DNA of 64,000 bases from an uncultured Gammaproteobacteria bacterium (GTDB taxonomy: Bacteria > Patescibacteriota > Microgenomatia > CAYSOG01), in NCBI GenBank assembly GCA_964432675.1, contig CAYSOG010000005.1, positions 910-64,909 on the forward strand, written 5' to 3'. The position numbers and the translations under genes are program-made. Shown here one piece after another: positions 1-9,334 of the stretch. The first letter of the stretch is position 1. Each line of letters opens with the position of its first letter. Under the pieces are notes generated by a model that worked only from the letters and a program-made list of their open reading frames with translations, ran no database searches and was not told the DNA's origin.

Positions 1-348
1 AATGTGTACGATAGCTTCAAATTATTATTTGCTTTCTCTGACAATGCCAAAGCTATAAAGCGCATGGATATTGCCGATAGCAAAATTGTGCAAATGAAAA
101 ATGCAGCCGAAGCCAATAACCCTGACAATGTAAAAAAAGCTGGTGAAAACTACGTGAAACAAATTACCGCTGTTCAAAAAGCTTTAGCTGACAAAAAACT
201 CGACACACAAACGCTGCAAACGTTGAAGTTGCGGGTTCACGATCAAGACGAAGCATTTACTTATCTCTTTTCAATACCAAACGATAAGATCAATCCCCTA
301 CTCCATGATTACTGGTCGCAACTCCAAAACCTAAAGACTTATTTATAA
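1..348 (+). CDS. 3' part of a hypothetical helical protein (probably truncated by the window edge)
   Basis: Frame is open from base 1 to the TAA at 346-348; no recognisable motif. Confidence 0.55.
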   Translation, partial: NVYDSFKLLFAFSDNAKAIKRMDIADSKIVQMKNAAEANNPDNVKKAGENYVKQITAVQKALADKKLDTQTLQTLKLRVHDQDEAFTYLFSIPNDKINPLLHDYWSQLQNLKTYL

Positions 349-1403
349 ACACTTTGCTGCAATAGTAATAATATCTCTTCTTTCTTGCTTTCAGTTACAT
401 CAACAACGACTATTCCCTGCCCTGATTGGCCATATAAAATAACGGCATTAAGCGGTGCCAAAAGTATAAGTGGTAATACTAACAAATCTTCTTCGCCATC
501 GATTAAAAGGTTTGCTTCTTTTGGTTTTTTTTGAGTAGCGGATAGATCATTACTAGTATCATGTGCCAGAATAATTGCCACCTGAATAGTGGTTAATACA
601 TCGATTGCCGCATTACTAATGTGACCTGGCGGATTAATGGCTTTGTAAAAATTTTCTTTGCTAGCCGAAGGTAGAAATAATGATCGCTTTCGTTTATTTT
701 TGTAATCAAATACAGCAAGGTCATAACCCAAACCCGCTTCAATAAAAGAATAAGACACAATATCACCTACAATGTAAATGCATGTTGCCTTTGTTACAAC
801 TGGTTTAACGTCTGCTACTGCTTTTTGTAGGTTGCCCTCAGCGCCGGTAACAATAGCGCCAAGTGGTTCTTGAAGTATTGTCCGGACGGCAACTGTTGGA
901 ATAAACGGGGCGTTTGATTGCATAAACTGCACATACGATAGCCCGTTGCGGTTAATTTCTCCAAAACGAATTCTGGTAGAAGACAAATGTCCCTTATCCG
1001 AGGCGGCGATATAATCTGCAACTACTATGGGTAATACTGAAAGGCCTAACAATTTACGACTACTGTTAACCTCCTTTGCACCAACAACAGTTTGTGATGA
1101 CACAACCAGGGCTTCGATTGACTGGTCGGTTATCGTTGGCCCAAATTTGTCGTGTAAGGGAAGCAGCTTCGCCCTACCTAACCAACCTTCAGCAGATAGA
1201 TAATTTTCTAGCGCGTTACAACGGGTATTGTAATCTTCAATAATATGAGCTAAGCGTTTCTTACGCTGCATAGCTTGCGTGGTAACTCCAATACTGACTT
1301 CTTGGGAAACAGCAAACGCTTTTTGTAAGAGGGCTTTATGACCTATATGAAGGCGGTCAAATGTACCACCAACTGCAACATGGTTAAACGGCAAGGTGTC
1401 CAT
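339..1403 (-). CDS. coaD: Fusion of archaeal/eukaryote-type phosphopantetheine adenylyltransferase and DUF359-type (GTP-dependent) dephospho-CoA kinase
   Basis: N-terminal GGTFDRLHIGH (HxGH) and LSSTRIR motifs; C-terminal VGDIVS, INPPGHIS and DGEEDLLVLP...YGQSGQG motifs typical of DUF359. Confidence 0.85.
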   Translation of the reverse strand: MDTLPFNHVAVGGTFDRLHIGHKALLQKAFAVSQEVSIGVTTQAMQRKKRLAHIIEDYNTRCNALENYLSAEGWLGRAKLLPLHDKFGPTITDQSIEALVVSSQTVVGAKEVNSSRKLLGLSVLPIVVADYIAASDKGHLSSTRIRFGEINRNGLSYVQFMQSNAPFIPTVAVRTILQEPLGAIVTGAEGNLQKAVADVKPVVTKATCIYIVGDIVSYSFIEAGLGYDLAVFDYKNKRKRSLFLPSASKENFYKAINPPGHISNAAIDVLTTIQVAIILAHDTSNDLSATQKKPKEANLLIDGEEDLLVLPLILLAPLNAVILYGQSGQGIVVVDVTESKKEEILLLLQQSVYK

Positions 1404-1452
1404 TTATGTTAAAGCTTACCGCATATGAAGTATTATAAACAAGGCATGGAAT

Positions 1453-1926
1453 TTATTGCACTTTGACTAATTCTATTTCAAATTGCAACGTCGAATTAGC
1501 TGGGATTGGGCCGACTGCTTGTGCACCATAGGCTAAATCTGGTGGAATAATCAATTGCCGTTTGCCACCAACTTTCATTCCTAAAACACCTAAGTCCCAG
1601 CCCTTAATAACTTGGCCTTGACCTAATGTAAAGCTGAATGGCTGGCCATGGTCATACGAACTGTCAAATTTCGTGCCGTTGGTTAGTGTCCCCGTATAAT
1701 TTACGATAACGGTTGCGCCATTGGTCGCTTCAGCACCAGTACCAACGACAATATCTTTGGATTGTAGCCCGCCGGCAGTAGCGCTATTTTGTGGCGACAT
1801 TGATAATCCTCCTTTTGAAATATCATTATTCGTTACTGGCCCGTGTGTTAGATTTTTTAAAATTAAAATCAAGGCTATTACGATAACGAAACCTATTATA
1901 GCGATAATAAGATTTTTATTTTGCAT
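1453..1926 (-). CDS. Membrane-anchored FKBP-type peptidyl-prolyl cis-trans isomerase
   Basis: N-terminal TM helix; VNYTGTL-x-GTKFDSS, VIKGWD, IPPDLAYG, IPANSTLQFEIEL. Confidence 0.95.
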   Translation of the reverse strand: MQNKNLIIAIIGFVIVIALILILKNLTHGPVTNNDISKGGLSMSPQNSATAGGLQSKDIVVGTGAEATNGATVIVNYTGTLTNGTKFDSSYDHGQPFSFTLGQGQVIKGWDLGVLGMKVGGKRQLIIPPDLAYGAQAVGPIPANSTLQFEIELVKVQ

Positions 1927-2083
1927 ACCGCTACTTAGTGTAGTTTAAATTACTAAAGACTGTCAATAATACTGCCTGATGGGCAGAAAGAAGACCACTC
2001 AAGCTCATAAACAATCTTTAATTTTGGTCAATTGGAATTGTTTTATATTTTATCAAAAATAGTATGTGGCTAACTTTTTTGGA

Positions 2084-3319
2084 TTAGAATGCAGACGTGC
2101 CTTTGGGGGTGCCAAGACCAGTTGGGCCGTCATAACCAGCACTTGCATGGCAGAAATTCGAAGGTCTGCCAAAACATCGGCCGTTGTTACCGGCAGTTAC
2201 ATCATGTAAATTAGTGGCATAATTACCTGCAGTATAGGGTAATGATGCTGCTTGGACACCGCTAGGTGTAGCGCCTAGTGCATACACCGCAGCAACAATT
2301 GGAGCAGCCAAGCTAGTACCACCTACCTGAAACCAACCTGTTTGGCCACTATAGGGAACCGTATCATACACCGAAGCACCTGTGTTTGGATCGGCATCAG
2401 CGGAAACATCAGCAATCATGCGGCGAGGACAATTGGTCGGAACGCTATTTTGCCAAGAAGGCTTACCTTCATATGAGCTGCAACCACTTCCGCCACCGCT
2501 CCAGGCACTTTCATAATTGTAGCTGTTGCCAGCATTAATGAATAATGAGGTGCCGCCAACCGCTGTCACATATTGTGATGCGGCAGGATAGCTTGAACCA
2601 TAGCCGTTGTCGCCGGAACTAAAAGTAATAGCAACACCCGGATGATTTAAGTGGCTGTCATACGAAGTTTCTCCATAAAATTCACCTGAACCATATGAAT
2701 TCGAAATAACATTTGCCCCCATGGCGAAAGCTCGATCGACACCGGCCATCAAATTCGAATAACTGTTTGAATCAGCCTCGACGAGTAATATATTACAATT
2801 TTGGCAAATGGCGTGGGCTGCCTGGACATCTAAAGAAATTTCCAAAGCCCAGCCACTATTTGTTCCAGGATAAGCGGTACCACCACGTTGGTCAACTTTT
2901 TGAAAACAAGGCGATAACGTTGAACCTGTCGCAACTGCACAACTGGCCATCGTCGGAATGCCATACTGTGTACTATAGGTATTAAGGTCGCTCAAAGCGT
3001 TTGGGTCATTATAAGCGTCAACAATTGCAATCGTTTTGGTCGTTGGTGAAATTGGATTAATGTTATAGGCAACTGTGAACTGGCCAGGTCCATAGCCAGT
3101 TGGCGAAGTAGTGGTTTGTGGTTTACCCTTCTTGTCAACAACAACTCGTGCATGACAGCGCGGAATGTCAGGATTACCCACAGTACAAACTGGGATATGG
3201 GCTAACGCTTGCTCCGGCAATTCTTGTGCTTGAACTGTTTGGCCAAAGCCTAAGGGAGAAAGTGTAAAAACAGCAGTTATAACTAAATTACCAGCAATTT
3301 TCGCAGCAGATTTTATCAT
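2084..3319 (-). CDS. Secreted S53 (sedolisin/kumamolisin-like) serine peptidase, copy 1
   Basis: Signal peptide; ExxLD (EISLDVQ), SSGDNG, GGTSLAAP, C-terminal GYDGPTGLGTP Ca-binding motif. Confidence 0.9.
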   Translation of the reverse strand: MIKSAAKIAGNLVITAVFTLSPLGFGQTVQAQELPEQALAHIPVCTVGNPDIPRCHARVVVDKKGKPQTTTSPTGYGPGQFTVAYNINPISPTTKTIAIVDAYNDPNALSDLNTYSTQYGIPTMASCAVATGSTLSPCFQKVDQRGGTAYPGTNSGWALEISLDVQAAHAICQNCNILLVEADSNSYSNLMAGVDRAFAMGANVISNSYGSGEFYGETSYDSHLNHPGVAITFSSGDNGYGSSYPAASQYVTAVGGTSLFINAGNSYNYESAWSGGGSGCSSYEGKPSWQNSVPTNCPRRMIADVSADADPNTGASVYDTVPYSGQTGWFQVGGTSLAAPIVAAVYALGATPSGVQAASLPYTAGNYATNLHDVTAGNNGRCFGRPSNFCHASAGYDGPTGLGTPKGTSAF

Positions 3320-3739
3320 GCAGGTATTTTATAGCACACCATTTTTTCTTTGTCAACAAATCTGCATTAATATAGTATCCAGTCAGATAATTTACCAGCT
3401 GACTATTGATGCGGGTACATTTATACAGTCTGGTTCTAATATGTTACATTTATACAAGCCACTACTACCATATCTATATTAATACTTATAGTTTGTTCGG
3501 CTTACTGCCAGTAATTTAACCAATAATTAAAACTATATTGTGTATGATGGATGCAACCAGGATGGATAATCTGTCGGTATACATTCTTGCGATTGTATTG
3601 TATTATACAGAAAAATATTGCGACTTCCAGCAAGCTATTTTGACCATTTGACAGCAAGCCAAAAAGGTCATATATCTTCATCTAGTAATTAGGATATGAC
3701 ATCATTCATTAGGCCATTAATAAATTTCATATTTTTGCA

Positions 3740-4165
3740 ATGAGTAAAATTATGGGTATTATTTTAGTCAGTTTATGTTTAATTATTATTGGCTATTTTC
3801 TGCTGATATCAAAAAACTTCAATACAGCTCTAGATCGCTTGTCCCTGCTGCCGAAACAGCAATCATTTACCGAGCTCTACTTTCAAGACCCAAACAACTT
3901 GCCACAATCGTACCAGCCAGGTATCCCTTTATCTTTTTCATTTAGCCTCCACAACGAAGAAAATCGTGAAACACAAACACCATTTACTGTTATAGTAACA
4001 AACCACACGGGAACAAAAATTGTTGATCTTAGCACGGCTGTACTAAAACCAAACCAGTCACAATCCTTTACCGAACAAATTACGATCAACGCGCTAGCTA
4101 CACGTTCCGCTGTTAGTGTGAACTTACCTGACAAGAACCAGTCAATACATTTTTGGGTGGACTAA
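3740..4165 (+). CDS. DUF1616-like membrane-anchored Ig-fold protein
   Basis: N-terminal TM; FTELYF, NEE and terminal IHFWV motifs. Confidence 0.65.
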   Translation: MSKIMGIILVSLCLIIIGYFLLISKNFNTALDRLSLLPKQQSFTELYFQDPNNLPQSYQPGIPLSFSFSLHNEENRETQTPFTVIVTNHTGTKIVDLSTAVLKPNQSQSFTEQITINALATRSAVSVNLPDKNQSIHFWVD

Positions 4166-5272
4166 ATGAAAATAAGTATACTCATTCCTTGTTACAATGA
4201 AGAAAATGGCGTTGGCAAAGTAATCGACGGCATACCCTTTGCAATACTTACTAAGCTCGGCTACGAGGTTGAGGTTATTGTCATTAATAATAATTCTACA
4301 GACAAAACTGCTGCTGTCGCTAAACGGAAAAAGGCCCATGTTATCTTTGAACCAAACCTTGGCAAGGGTAATGCTATTAGGGCTGGCTTTAACGCTATTG
4401 CCGACGATACATCATTTGTCGTCATGCTCGACGGGGATAATACCTATGTTGCCAACGAAATTCCGCGTATTATTGAACCGCTTGCGAGTGGTTTTTCTGA
4501 TGTGATTATTGGCTCAAGATTGGGCGGTAAAGTAAAAAAGGGTTCGCTGCGCTTTTTTAATAGAGTATATAACTGGATTTGTATTTTCTTAGTAAGGCAG
4601 ATCTGCCGGGTCAATACTACTGATGTTTTAAGTGGTTATTTTGGTTGGCGCAAAGAGGTAATTGATAAATTAAAACCACATATTACTTCCAAGGGTTTTG
4701 CTATAGAAATGGAAATGATGATGAAAATAGCTAAAATGGGATATGAGATTTATGCTGTACCAATTACTTATAACCATCGCGAAGGCAAGTCAAAAATTAA
4801 TCCAATACTAGATAGTCTCCGGATTTTGATTATGTTTTTTGAAAGCTTATTTTGGTCACCGAAATACGGTGGATTCAAACCGGTTGTCACAATCCGTAAA
4901 GCCTATGCCCGAAATAACATATTAAAAAACTCAAGACAACTTAAAAAGATTAAATTATCACGATTATCTAATGTAAACCTTGCGCAAAAACATGCCGTTG
5001 GATACAAAACACAAAAAAATCTCTCGGCATCCCCTACTTCAAGAAACCTAGCTGTGCACTATGCTAAACCTCGATCGAGACAACTAGCAAGCCGTCAAGT
5101 CGCTTATATCGGTTCGAATAATTTTGCTACTACACTTACTTCCCTTCAATCAACGGACTATCCGGCAGCCCAGCAAAAGCATAGACAAAATGAGCCCTTC
5201 CCTGGCAAAATAAATCTTGAAAAAAATCCAAACTATCCGGCGGTGCCAACAGGCGAGACGCCGAAAGAATGA
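4166..5272 (+). CDS. GT2 glycosyltransferase (polyprenol-phosphate hexose synthase-like) with long C-terminal extension
   Basis: ILIPCYNEE, GKGNAI, MLDGDNTY, IIGSR, TDVLSGY, FAIEMEM, VPITYNHREGKSK. Confidence 0.9.
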   Translation: MKISILIPCYNEENGVGKVIDGIPFAILTKLGYEVEVIVINNNSTDKTAAVAKRKKAHVIFEPNLGKGNAIRAGFNAIADDTSFVVMLDGDNTYVANEIPRIIEPLASGFSDVIIGSRLGGKVKKGSLRFFNRVYNWICIFLVRQICRVNTTDVLSGYFGWRKEVIDKLKPHITSKGFAIEMEMMMKIAKMGYEIYAVPITYNHREGKSKINPILDSLRILIMFFESLFWSPKYGGFKPVVTIRKAYARNNILKNSRQLKKIKLSRLSNVNLAQKHAVGYKTQKNLSASPTSRNLAVHYAKPRSRQLASRQVAYIGSNNFATTLTSLQSTDYPAAQQKHRQNEPFPGKINLEKNPNYPAVPTGETPKE

Positions 5273-5322
5273 TAGTGCCTATTAAACCCACTGTTCCAAT
5301 TACTCAATAAGGTGCATATATT

Positions 5323-6444
5323 ATGAAAGTGGCTGTTGTTACTGATGCAATCTACCCGTACCATAAGGGCGGGAAAGAAAAGAGGATCTACGAGATTACA
5401 ACTCGTCTCGCCCGAAAAGGCTACCATGTCGATATTTACTGTATGAATTGGTGGCACGGCAAAACTGAAAAAGTTGAAAATGGTGTCTTCCTGCATGCGA
5501 TCACAAATTACCATCCATTATATGGCAAAACTCACAGGTCGATTTCACAGGCAATTTTTTTTACCTTTGGTTGCTTTAAACTTATGATGCACGACTTTGA
5601 CGTCATTGAGGTAGACCATATGCCACATCTTATTCTTTTTCCTTTAAAACTGGTTTGCCTTTTAAAACGAAAGCCACTCCTCGTCACCTGGAATGAAGTT
5701 TGGGGAAGAGCGTATTGGGTATCTTATATGGGTATATTAGGCAACATTGCATATTTTATTGAACTCGCAAGTGTCCAAACAGCTAGTAAAATTATTGCTA
5801 TTTCAGCCCATACCGCCAAAAAGCTACGACAAGAATTACATTACACAAAGGAGATCGTAATTATCCCAAATGGTATTGACCTTGCCGCTATACAAAAAGT
5901 AAAACCCGCCAAAATAAAGTCTGATATTATTTTCGCCGGAAGGCTTTTACACCATAAACAGGTTGATCTTTTATTACGGTCAATAGCGTTACTTACAAAG
6001 AACTACCCAAAAATTAGCTGCGTTATTATAGGACAAGGGCCAGAAAAAAAGCGATTAATAACATTAGCCAAGTCGCTTACTATATCAGAGAATGTCCACT
6101 TCATGCCGCCCGTTGAAAGCCAATACCGACTTTATGCATTATTTAAATCTGCAAAGCTATTTGTCTTACCATCAAACCGTGAAGGTTTTAGCATTGTCGT
6201 TTTGGAAGCCAATGCTTGTGGCCTGCCAGTTATTACCATCAACCACAAGGACAACGCGGCTCAAGACTTAATAAAAAAGAACCAGAGCAACGGACTTATT
6301 AGTAACGCCAATGAACTTTCGATTGCAAAGTCCATAATCAAGTTACTTCGTAATCCTATTAGTCAAAAAAATTGCATAAAAGTCGCCAGTAATTATGATT
6401 GGAATACTATTACCCCACAGGTAGAGACAGCGTACAATACATGA
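5323..6444 (+). CDS. GT4 glycosyltransferase
   Basis: GGKEKR, IPNGID, FAGRL..HK, PSNREGFSIVVLEANACGLPVI. Confidence 0.92.
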   Translation: MKVAVVTDAIYPYHKGGKEKRIYEITTRLARKGYHVDIYCMNWWHGKTEKVENGVFLHAITNYHPLYGKTHRSISQAIFFTFGCFKLMMHDFDVIEVDHMPHLILFPLKLVCLLKRKPLLVTWNEVWGRAYWVSYMGILGNIAYFIELASVQTASKIIAISAHTAKKLRQELHYTKEIVIIPNGIDLAAIQKVKPAKIKSDIIFAGRLLHHKQVDLLLRSIALLTKNYPKISCVIIGQGPEKKRLITLAKSLTISENVHFMPPVESQYRLYALFKSAKLFVLPSNREGFSIVVLEANACGLPVITINHKDNAAQDLIKKNQSNGLISNANELSIAKSIIKLLRNPISQKNCIKVASNYDWNTITPQVETAYNT

Positions 6445-7130
6445 AAAAGCAAATTCTCGTTACAACTAGTTGGGACGATGGCCATATCCTTGATGTAAAA
6501 CTTGCCGCCCTCTTACAGCGGTACGGCATACGTGGGACTTTCTATATAGCACCAAAACATCGGGAATTTTCGAAAGCTAACTTGCTTTCGAAGCATGATA
6601 TTAACGAAATAGGAAAATTTTTTGAAATTGGCGCTCACACGATGACACATCCCCATCTTACAAAAATACCAAATGTCATGGCCGCCCGTGAAATTAATCA
6701 GTCAAAGCACTTTTTGGAACAAACAGTAGGCAACCACATTGATTCATTTTGCTATCCATATGGTGCTTACAATGACAAAATAGCAAGCCTTGTTGCAACT
6801 TCAGGATTTCGCATAGCCCGAACAACAAAGCGAACTGTTTTTTTCTCAACCAATAACCCTTATGCTTTACCAACAACAGTGCATGCTTATACCCATCGAC
6901 AGGATCTTTTTAACATCAGCTTACTCTTACGTTACAAAACAATTACCTGGGATGCCCTAGCAAAAAGGCAATTCGATATTATAGCTGAAACAGGTGGCGT
7001 ATATCATTTATGGGGACATTCTTGGGAAATTGAGAAGTTTAATGGTTGGAACCGGTTGGAAAATGTTCTATACTATATTGCCAATCATAGACATGCTGCC
7101 CATATCACCAATGCTGACCTTCCATTATGA
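6441..7130 (+). CDS. Polysaccharide deacetylase (CE4/NodB family)
   Basis: TSWDDG, EIGAHTMTHP, FCYPYG, HLWGHSWE; ATG at 6441 overlaps the upstream stop (ATGA), so preferred over 6399. Confidence 0.88.
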   Translation: MKKQILVTTSWDDGHILDVKLAALLQRYGIRGTFYIAPKHREFSKANLLSKHDINEIGKFFEIGAHTMTHPHLTKIPNVMAAREINQSKHFLEQTVGNHIDSFCYPYGAYNDKIASLVATSGFRIARTTKRTVFFSTNNPYALPTTVHAYTHRQDLFNISLLLRYKTITWDALAKRQFDIIAETGGVYHLWGHSWEIEKFNGWNRLENVLYYIANHRHAAHITNADLPL

Positions 7131-8227
7131 AACGGCAAAAGAAAAAGCTTCTTATTGTTACACCATACTTTTATCCGCAACCGGGAGGTTTGGAAAATTA
7201 TGCGTACAATGTTGCTCGATTGTTACATAAAAACTATAACTGGAATATTGTTATTGCCACGACGAAACAGCGTGGCTATCGAAAAGAAGAGAGTATTGCC
7301 GGCATGAAGGTGTATCGAATGCCGATATTATTTACTATTTCTCATACGCCGATACATCCACTTTGGTATTTTTCATTACGATCTATCATTCATAAAGAAA
7401 AACCAGATCTTATTAATGTCCATACGCCGGTCCCGTTTATCGCTGACATTACGGCAAATATAGCTTCCAATATACCACTTGTTGTCACCTACCATACTGG
7501 CACTATGAAGAAAGGCCACTTAGTTTTTGATGGCATTATAGATCTCTATGAAAAGTATTTTTTACCGCTAATGCTAAATCGAGCTAATAAAATAATTTGT
7601 TCCTCCAGCTTTGTAAAAAAAAGCATGATGCGGCACTACGCTGCAAAAGCAGTTATTATTAATCCTGGTGTTGACACAACAATTTTTAAACCAAGAAAAA
7701 AAGTAACGCGTGCTAAAAAGATAGTTCTTTTTATTGGACAAAAAGCGACACTCCATACTATGAAAGGCCTTCCAGTTTTGCTAGCAGCGATGCGGCAAGT
7801 CCCCAATGCTACACTGCAAGTAATTGGCCAAGAGCCGACACTAAAAGCCGAAAACCTTCATTATATAGGTATTAAAACTGGAAAAAAATTAGCCGCTGCA
7901 ATGCAACTTGCCTCGGTACTCGTTTTACCATCACTTGCTAATGTCGAAAGCTTCGGGATGGTATTAATTGAGGCAATGGCATGTAAAATTCCGGTTATTG
8001 GCAGCAATAGTGGCGGTATAACCGAAATTATCGACCAGGGTAAAAATGGATTATTGGTAAAACCAAATAGCGTAAAAGCACTATCAGCTGCATTACGAAA
8101 AATACTTTATAACGAGACACTAGCCACCTCATTAGCAGAGAACGGTTTTCGGAAAATTCAACAACAATTTACCTGGGAAAAACAAGCCAAGCGTACCCAT
8201 GAAGTTTTAATTTCCTGCCTCGGATAA
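7127..8227 (+). CDS. GT4 glycosyltransferase
   Basis: PYFYPQPGGLE, NPGVD, ESFGMVLIEAMACKIPVI. Confidence 0.92.
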   Translation: MKRQKKKLLIVTPYFYPQPGGLENYAYNVARLLHKNYNWNIVIATTKQRGYRKEESIAGMKVYRMPILFTISHTPIHPLWYFSLRSIIHKEKPDLINVHTPVPFIADITANIASNIPLVVTYHTGTMKKGHLVFDGIIDLYEKYFLPLMLNRANKIICSSSFVKKSMMRHYAAKAVIINPGVDTTIFKPRKKVTRAKKIVLFIGQKATLHTMKGLPVLLAAMRQVPNATLQVIGQEPTLKAENLHYIGIKTGKKLAAAMQLASVLVLPSLANVESFGMVLIEAMACKIPVIGSNSGGITEIIDQGKNGLLVKPNSVKALSAALRKILYNETLATSLAENGFRKIQQQFTWEKQAKRTHEVLISCLG

Positions 8228-8233
8228 TATTAC

Positions 8234-9334
8234 ATGGAAAAACCAACTATTGTGCAAGTAACACCGTATTATCCTCCACATTTAGGTGGCATGGAAAACT
8301 GTGTTATGGAAGTTACTAAAAATTTACATACCATAAAATATCCTGTTATGGTTTATACATCAGCAATTGGCAAACGAATGAAACATCAGTCAAAACAATC
8401 GTTTCCTATTCATTATCTTTGGTCATTCGAATTCGCCCATACACCAATTATGCCTTCCCTTTTTTTCCACTTGTTAAAAGTGCCAAAAGGTTCAATTCTT
8501 CATTTACATATTGCCCAAGCATTTACACCAGAAGTTGTATATCTTGCAGCAAAAATTAAACAACTTCCCTATATTGCCCACGTTCACCTTGATGTTGCCC
8601 CTTCAGGATTTTTCGGATTTTTGTTATTACCATACAAAAAAATTATTTTACGGCATGTTTTACAACAAGCTACTAAAATTATTTGTTTGACTGAAACCCA
8701 AAAACAGACATTGAAACACCAATATGATCTACCGGAATATAAACTTTGTGTTATTCCAAATGGTGTTGGTAAAGAATATTTTTTGAAACGATTAAATATT
8801 AAAAATGATAAGGTTGCCCATGTTCTTTTCGTAGGACGCCTCGTTGCCCAAAAAAATCTGCCTTTGTTATTAGAAGCCGCAAAACAATTAGGCAATAAGA
8901 TACAGATTGACATTGTCGGGAAAGGAGAACTTGAAAACGACTTAAAAGGTTTAATAATAAAGTATGGTTTAAATAATGTCAGACTGCACGGTCCGAAGTT
9001 TGGCAAAGACCTGCGAGCATACTACCAAAAGGCTGATTTGTTTATACTACCTTCATATAAAGAAGGTTTATCATTAGCACTGCTTGAAGCGATGGCAGCT
9101 GGTCTGCCTGTTGTTGCTGTTTCATCAGAAGGCATGCAGAATATCTTGGGTAATGGCGGCATTCTCGTTAAAAAACCGACTGCCAATAACCTAGCATCAG
9201 CACTGCAAAAGCTTGTATCAGATACCCAATTACGAAGGCAATTATCTCGAAATGCAAAAAAAATTGCAGAAAAATACAATTGGCAAACTACAACAAATCA
9301 TATTTCGCAGGTTTATCAAGAGATTAATATATGA
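8234..9334 (+). CDS. GT4 glycosyltransferase
   Basis: PYYPPHLGGME, IPNGV, FVGRLVAQKN, EGLSLALLEAMAAGLPVV. Confidence 0.92.
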   Translation: MEKPTIVQVTPYYPPHLGGMENCVMEVTKNLHTIKYPVMVYTSAIGKRMKHQSKQSFPIHYLWSFEFAHTPIMPSLFFHLLKVPKGSILHLHIAQAFTPEVVYLAAKIKQLPYIAHVHLDVAPSGFFGFLLLPYKKIILRHVLQQATKIICLTETQKQTLKHQYDLPEYKLCVIPNGVGKEYFLKRLNIKNDKVAHVLFVGRLVAQKNLPLLLEAAKQLGNKIQIDIVGKGELENDLKGLIIKYGLNNVRLHGPKFGKDLRAYYQKADLFILPSYKEGLSLALLEAMAAGLPVVAVSSEGMQNILGNGGILVKKPTANNLASALQKLVSDTQLRRQLSRNAKKIAEKYNWQTTTNHISQVYQEINI

